DNA of 64,000 nucleotides from the human T2T-CHM13v2.0 reference genome, Homo sapiens, in NCBI RefSeq assembly GCF_009914755.1, contig NC_060931.1, one strand, 5' to 3'. A model generated the notes under the pieces. The model was not told the DNA's origin. It was given only the letters and a program-made list of their open reading frames with translations, and ran no database searches. Every line of letters begins with the position of its first letter. Within the stretch, counting starts at the first letter, position 1. Below, piece by piece: positions 44,528 through 64,000 of this stretch. Made by a program: the position numbers and the translations under genes.

Positions 44528-44922
44528 TGAGTGTGTGTGTGTGTGTGTGTGTGTGTCTGTGTGTGTGTCTCTGTGTATGTCTGTGTGTGTCTGTCTGTGG
44601 GTATGTGGGTGTGTTTGTGTGTGTGTGTCTGTGTGTGTCTGTGTGTGTTGTCTGTGTGTCCATGTCTATGTGTGTATGTCTGTGTGTGTGTCTGTGTGTG
44701 TCTGCGTGTCTGTGTGTATGTCTGTGTGTGTATGTCTGTGTGTGTCTGTATGTCTGTGTGTGTGTGTGTGTCTCTCTGTGTGTGTATGTCTGTGTCTGTG
44801 TCTGTGTGTGTCTGTGTGTCTGTGTATGTGTGTGTGTCTGTGTGTCTGTGTCTGTGTGTGTATGTCTGTGTGTGTATGTCTCTGTGTGTGTGTGTTTGTG
44901 TGTGTCTGTGTGTGTGTGCACA
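44528..44922. repeat. Compound (TG)n/(TGTC)n/(TGTA)n tract
   Basis: Direct reading. Confidence 0.96.
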
Positions 44923-45111
44923 CATGCATGCATATTCAGGGAGGGTTTTCTTTGGGCTTCTGGCTGCCATCATGAAACAAGATGGTGGTGTTATATTTCC
45001 CATGGGAAGATCTCTAGTTATTCATAGGGAGTTTCCTGCACTGGCAGTGGTGGAGCCTGCTCACCTCCTGAGCCTAATGCAGTACAGGAAAGCCCCCAAA
45101 TTGGGGCTTAG

Positions 45112-45618
<507 letters not shown>

Positions 45619-46175
45619 TAATTATAGGCAAATTAAGGAGCAGTTTATGCAGAAATTTCTAGGAAAAGGGTGCTAACTTGTGGATCATTGGGTCATTGCC
45701 ACGGAAAGGAGCGGTAACTTCTTTTTTTTTTTTTGAGATGGAGTCTTGCTCTGTCGCCCAGGCTGGAGTGCAGTGGCGCGATCTCGGCTCACTGCAAGCT
45801 CTGCCTCCTGGATTCACGCCATTGTCCTGCCTCAGCCTCCTGAGTAGCTGGGACTACAAGTGCCCGCCACCACGCCCAGCTAATCTTTTTGTATTTTTTT
45901 ATTAGAGACAGGGTTTCACCGTGTTAGCCAAGATGGTCTCGATCTCCTGACCTCGTGATCCGCCCGCCTCGGCCTCCCAAAGTGCTGGGATTACAGGCGT
46001 GAGCCACCGCGCCCGGCCAGGAGCGGTAACTTCTGAGCGTTGCCACAGCAATGGTAAACTGACATAGCACACTGGTGGGCGTGTCTTATGGAAAGCTGCT
46101 TCCACCGAAGTCCTTTTTTAGCTAGTCCTCAATTTGGTGTGGTGTTTGAGCCCCGCCTCCGGAGTGGAGTCCCAC

Positions 46176-47014
<839 letters not shown>

Positions 47015-47306
47015 CCACCTTGTACCTCAAGCCCAGATCCCTACTCTGGCGTCTGATTTCAGGATGGGCATCTCTAGCATGACAGGACTTCCCACATTCT
47101 GGACCCCCTGCTGCCTATAAGGTCCCCTTGCCACAGTGAACAAGCAGTGAAGTCAAGGAGTCGGACAGGAGCAGGTCAGGGACCTTAAGTGAGACTGGGA
47201 GACCTGGAGGATTTGGGGCAGGGGTGTGGCCTAATCAACCTAGGTCTTAATAGGCTGCTGTGCTGAAACTAGACGGTGAGCACAAGGGCAGAAACAACAG
47301 CAATCA

Positions 47307-47929
<623 letters not shown>

Positions 47930-48231
47930 AGACAAGCTCAGAGAAGGATGGTAGTGGGCAGTGGGTGGTGGTGATCACTGGATCTTCCACTTCCTCTTCC
48001 TATTTCCTGAAACGTCTCCCCATAGGCACCTGTGGACCCACTGGTCTTCCAGCTTTGTTCCCTCGCACCTCCTCATTCCAGCCTTCCCATCTCTGTTGAT
48101 GGCAACTCCACTTTTCTGGTGTCTCAGGCCAAACCTCAGGGAGACCCTGGACCTCTCGACCTCTCGACCTCTCTCATGTTTTCTCAAACCTCACCTTCAA
48201 TCTATTCACAAATCCTATTGGCAACCTTCAC

Positions 48232-48514
48232 TTTTTTTTTTTTTTTTTTTTTTTGAGACAGAGTCTTGCTCTGTTGCCCAGGCTGAAGTGCAGTAGCGCA
48301 GTCTCGGCTCACTACAACCTCCACCTCCCGGGCTCAAGCAATTCTTGGGATTAAAAGGCATGTGCCACCACACCCGGCTAATTTTTGTATTTTTAGTAGA
48401 GACGGGGTTTTGCCATGTTGGCCAGGCTGGTCTTGAACTCCTGACCTCAGGTGATCTGCCCGCCTCAGCCTCCCACAGTGCTGGGATTACAGGCATGAGC
48501 TAACATGCCAGGCC
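48232..48514 (-). mobile_element. AluS with ~23-bp internal deletion and non-matching flanks
   Basis: In Alu sense: 5' flank AAAGTCCATGCCT, 3' flank GTGAAGGTT; deletion junction ATTCT|TGGGA at 48345/48346. Confidence 0.9.
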
Positions 48515-48585
48515 AGGCATGGACTTTGAGGGTGGGTCGTGGAGGACCTGTCCTCCTGGCTACGGGCCCACTAGAAAGCCCTCCC

Positions 48586-49683
<1,098 letters not shown>

Positions 49684-50260
49684 TCAAAGTAGAAAAAGGA
49701 AAAACCACCTTCGGGGAGGAGCTCAGAGCTGACTTCTCACTGCCAGCAGATGACACAGCCCTGGACTTGTCTCCTAAAAGGCACAATGACACCTGGCCCC
49801 ACTGCCTTCTCCTTGACGGGGCCCTGACTGTGGCATGGCACCTCTCAGCCCTCAGCCTGCTCAGTCATTCTGCACAAAGTTTACTTCTCCCAGTAAAGCC
49901 AGAATTCCTCTCACTTCAGAAATAAAATGTATACATCTGCTGGTGGCCTCACATCCCTTCTCTGCGTTCTCAGCATGAGGCTCAGGCTTTTTATAATTCA
50001 TCAAAAAGGCCACACGTAATGAGCTCAGTTCTTACTCTGCAACTGGGACGTCAGCTCACCTTTTAAGAACCCCGCACCCAGCCAAGGCCCCTTAGATCTT
50101 GTCCTAAAGCTGGGGATGAGTCACCTGTGAATCAGGCAGCAGGCTGAGCCAGCACTGCTCTCCAGAGGCCGCCTTCCCTTCCAAAGGACTAGCCTGTGTA
50201 AGGGGCCAGGCTGGGGGCTTCCCTACCTTCCTTCATTCGTTCATTGAACAAGAGTTTATT

Positions 50261-50550
50261 GGCCAGGTGTGGTGTCTCATGCCTGTAATCCCAGCACTTT
50301 GGGAGGCCGAGGCAGGCAGATCACCTGAGGTCAGGAGTTCAAGACCAGCCTGGCCAACATCACAAAAATATGTCTCTACTAAAAATACAAAAATAAGCCA
50401 GGTGTGGTGGTGGGCGGCTGTAATCCCAGCTAGTCAAGAGGCTGAGGCACAAGAATCGCTTGAACCCGGGAGGCAGAGATTGCAGTGAACCGAGATTGCA
50501 CCACTGCACTCCTGCCTGTGCGACGGAATGAGGCTCCGTTAAAAAAAAAA
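50261..50550 (+). mobile_element. AluS
   Basis: Flanks AAGAGTTTATTG/AAGAGTGCATTG. Confidence 0.9.
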
Positions 50551-50729
50551 AGAGTGCATTGAGTGCCTGCTGTATGGCAGGCCCTGGACTGGAACCTTTC
50601 CTAGATGCTCTTTTGCATAATCCCCCTCCTGACAATACTAGAAGGAAGGTGCTCACATGCCCATTTTGCAGATGTGGACACTGAGGTGCTGAGAGGTTTT
50701 AGTATCTTGTTTGAGGTCCCTTGACTTGT

Positions 50730-53374
<2,645 letters not shown>

Positions 53375-54637
53375 TAGGTGATTCCCCAAATAAAATCTCT
53401 CTTGACTTCTGATTCCAAAGGACCTGAACTAACACAACCCAGTGGGCCAGGTTCCATCCTAGGCACTGGAGCTACAAAGGTGGAGCACCCAGTCATGGCC
53501 CCTGCCCCCACAGGACAGAAGACATGGGAGTCAGGCAGGTGCTAAGGGCCAGATCTGGGAGGGAGGGAAGGAGAGAGGGAGGGAGGGAGGTGTGCTCCCC
53601 TCCACACAGCTTCCCTGCCTCCCCGCGAGGGGCTCTGGTCCCACCGCTCTTTGGAGCCAGGCCCTGGCTTCAGGGTGTACGTGCTCAGGAGGCTGCCGTG
53701 TTGATGAAAATACCACGGAGACGTCTGCAGGGTTCTTCCTCTTGCTGCTTCTCCTGTGCCCGAAATAAATGAAAAAGAGATGTTCCTGGCAGGGTCTGCG
53801 GAGAAGCTTCATGGCAGGAATGAAAATTGGCCGCAGCATCCAAGAAATCCTCGAACGGCAAAGGGATTTCTAGGACAACACACCTCTAGGAACAGAGGAT
53901 GTCGGTGGTGAGAGCTGGAGGCGGAGGCAGGCCTGCCGCCCCAGGTGTCTGCGTGTCTGCGGTCGCACCGTGGTGTGCACACCTACACAGGTGTGCGTAC
54001 CTGCTGGCCGTGTGCAAGCACGGGGGCGAGTTTGGGGAACCCAGCTGAAATCACAGCACAGACTTTCTCCCACCATTGGCCCATCTGCCAGCCTCTTCCT
54101 CACCCTCAAGCCTGCCGGCCATCTGGGGTCACCTTGTCCTGCCACATTTCAACAACACTGGGCTTGGTGCCCGTCGGCTCTCCGGGGATTCTCAGCAGGC
54201 TGACACGGCTCCAGGCCCATCTGGCACTCAGTTCTGGCTCTCGCTGAATTCTCCATCTGCCCTGCTACAGGGAGTGCCCTGTGCCAGCCGTCCTTCTCGG
54301 CCAGACGTCACATCCACAGAGCTTCAGGGACTCAACGCTGCCTGTAGGCGGCTTTTTCCGGGCTCCAGCACAGCCCTGGACACCTTTAAACTGAAACAAG
54401 GCCACCTGGCCCTGGACGTCCCTCAGCCAATCCTGCCTCTGAGAGCTGTCCCTGACCCCTTCTCCTACCCCCTCAGGACCTGGTCTTAACACTCCACTTT
54501 TCATCAGAATGGCCCATCAGGGGGTTGCTAACCCCCTCCCCCACTCCCCACCCCCATCTCTAACGTAATCTTCCCCATCAGCAAGGACTATGCCCCCTTC
54601 CAGCCCTGCTCCAGGTGGCCCTCAACTTCCTCCCCTA

Positions 54638-55923
<1,286 letters not shown>

Positions 55924-56032
55924 AGACCCTAGCACCTTTCTGTCTGTCCTCTTCACTCCAGCCCTCTAAGTACCTGATATCCCCATCTTCTCCCCACTGA
56001 GGGAGGACATCTTTGCTAAAACTGGTACAGAC

Positions 56033-57279
<1,247 letters not shown>

Positions 57280-57297
57280 TGACCACAAGCTGAAAAT

Positions 57298-58110
<813 letters not shown>

Positions 58111-58289
58111 AAAAAAGAACAGTCTAGAATAGAACACACCAGGATTCTTTCCATGTGATAATGTAAGCAATACTTTATAAACTTTTTTCAGGCGTGGGTG
58201 GGGAGGTAATGTGCTGAATGTAAAACGTACTTCTTACTGTATGATCCAAACAGCTGGAAAATCACTTCTTGTAGTTGGTTTGACCGTGG

Positions 58290-58520
58290 CCTCTGGAGCC
58301 AGGTTGCCTAGCTCTGGTTCTGTCAATTATTGGGTGTGTGACCTTGAACAAGTTACTAAACCTCTCTGTGCCTCAGCTCCTTCACCTTTAAAATGCCGTG
58401 AATAATCCTACCCTCATTACAGGATTGATATGGGGATGAAATAAGCTAATGGACATCAAGTGTTCTAAACATTGCTCCTAGCACATTCTAAGTGCTCCAT
58501 AAATAGCAGCTATCACTATG
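58290..58520 (+). mobile_element. MIR
   Basis: TGTGACCTTGAACAAGTTACTAAACCTCTCTGTGCCTCAG core. Confidence 0.75.
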
Positions 58521-58629
58521 GTGTTGGGAATTTGCTGGCCTGAAAAGGGAGGAAGAAGAGAAAGAAGAGAAAGGCAATGCTCAACCACAAAGAGCACTGT
58601 CTCACAGTGGGGTCCCAGGCAGTGTGGCA

Positions 58630-58806
58630 CTTCATTCATTCATGAACATTCATTCATTCACATTCATTCATTCATTCACATTCATTCACTCATTCATGAT
58701 TATTCATTTCTTCATGGATATTCATTTGATCATTCATGAATATGTATTCCTTTATGAATATTCATTTTTCCATTCATGGCTATTCACTCATTCATTCATT
58801 CATTCA
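58630..58806. repeat. Degenerate (CATT)n (L2 3'-tail type)
   Basis: Direct reading. Confidence 0.85.
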
Positions 58807-59112
58807 ATAAGTCTTCTGGAATGCCCACTGTGTACTCCTCCCAAAACACTGGAGAGACAGTGATAAACAAGATGGCCTTGGTCTGTGCCCTCACGGCGCT
58901 CACCCTCTACCTGGGAAGATAAATTAAACAATTTATTATAATAAACATGTAATTATTGGAATGGGGAACTACAGAGGCAAGCTGGGCCATCCCCTAACAG
59001 CTAATTGATGTTTGCGACTCAGCCAAGAGAAAGACTAGGGTGAGGTTCGAATGTTTCGGTCAGAGGCGAGAGGGCCACTACGTGTGTGGGGAATGCCAGA
59101 AGCTCAGTATGA

Positions 59113-59648
<536 letters not shown>

Positions 59649-59662
59649 GTCAAGAGGCCGAG

Positions 59663-60392
<730 letters not shown>

Positions 60393-60705
60393 TGGGACTA
60401 GGGCTTAGATGGGGAGGAAGAGGGCAGAAAGGGAGATGGAGAGGTCTGGAATTCTCATAAACTCAATGGGGAGCTTGAACTTCTTCCTGGGTAATGGGGA
60501 GCCACAGCAGGTGTTGGAGCACGGCAATGACAGGGTCAGACGCTTATGCCTGGAAAGTATTTATGCCTGGATACTTATGCCTGGAAAGTCAGATACTTAT
60601 GCCTCTGGCAGCTTTGGGGAGGATGGAGGGAGGAGGGAAGCCAGTTGGGAAACCATTGTCATCAAGCTCACCAGACAAGAGAGGGGCTTGGGTTAGGATG
60701 GTGGC

Positions 60706-60858
60706 CCCAACATCATTATCATCATTATTATTAAAGACAGGGTCTCACTCTGTTGTCAGACTGGAGTACAGTGGTGTGACCATAGCTCACTGTAGCCCCC
60801 AACTCCTGGGTTCAAGCAGTCCTCCTGCCTCAGCCTCAGGTAGCTGGCACTACAGGTG
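60706..60858 (-). repeat. Alu right-arm segment, local duplicate of 62064-62219
   Basis: Shares CCCAACATCATYATCATCATTATTATT flank and private variants with 62064-62219. Confidence 0.72.
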
Positions 60859-61519
60859 CCAGGGATGGAAAAAGCTGCCTGTCTTTTAAGGAAATTTCAT
60901 AGAAATTTCACCCAAAACTTCTGCTTTAATCTCATCAGCCACCCCTAGCCATATGGGGGACTGGAAAATATAGTTTAGTTGGGTCCATGGCTCTCCGGGA
61001 CAAAATTAGGACCCTATCCTAGGGAGAGTGAATGATGAGTAAGCTCAGGCATGGCACAGTGGGTTCTGGGTAGGTGGCTCTGAGTCTTGGAGGGACCCAC
61101 AGCCGAGACATGGACAGGTGCCACCTCAGAGAGCTCTGCTGTGGAGGTGAGAGGTGGCCGCAGCTCTCCTGAGCTGCTTACTGGCAAGGTGACCTCCTGG
61201 AGAGAGAGAGATCCTTTAGGGACAGGTGACACAGCAGGGTTCCCAGCACTGAGCTCTGAGATACAACATTAGAGAGAAAGTCAGGAAAAAGGAGGGAAAC
61301 CCCGACTAGCGGGCAGAAGGGAAACCAGGAGAACACAGGGTTTTGGAGGGAAGGGCTGGGGCCCAGGACCTAGCACCCCTCCAAGCTCCAGGCAGGATGA
61401 GGCTGGAAGCTGTGTAGGACCAGCCTGGGCAACATAGTGAGACCCCTGTCTCTACAAACAAATTTTTGTAGAGATCACTCCCTGGCTTACAGGAGGTGAT
61501 CAACACATATTTATTTTCT

Positions 61520-63970
<2,451 letters not shown>

Positions 63971-64000
63971 TAAGAACTGGGTGGGGACATTTCTCTAGTT

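Overview
Primate genomic DNA, most likely human, from a very Alu-dense non-coding interval. By manual count it holds about 80 Alu copies or fragments, roughly a third of the window. It also contains MaLR, ERV1 and ERVL solo LTRs, L1, L2 and MIR fragments, hAT MITEs and several simple repeats, including a 2.26-kb imperfect (GGT)n tract. I cannot support any protein-coding exon: almost all long ORFs in the track come from Alu, L1 or microsatellite sequence. I cannot name the locus from sequence alone, and repeat family names are from recalled consensus sequences, so they need RepeatMasker/Dfam confirmation. The only RNA-gene-derived sequence is a U6 snRNA retropseudogene fused to an L1 3' end (19970-20514). 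I found no new gene system. The interesting signal is structural. (1) Three Alus at 47.4-49.7 kb have cyclically permuted target-site duplications (TSDs), with a swapped MER39-like LTR and a flipped L2, which reconstructs two adjacent Alu-mediated inversions. (2) At least three ~150-175-bp segments were copied from donors 1.2-2.4 kb away, each including an Alu tail and flank, without retrotransposition hallmarks. (3) There is a three-level LTR/LTR/AluY nest with intact TSDs. (4) A consensus CTCF site appears to be built from a MER3 end. (5) There is a minisatellite with higher-order structure and a cluster of fold-back hairpins. Several repeat-free islands rich in homeodomain, Sox and TCF motifs look like distal enhancers.
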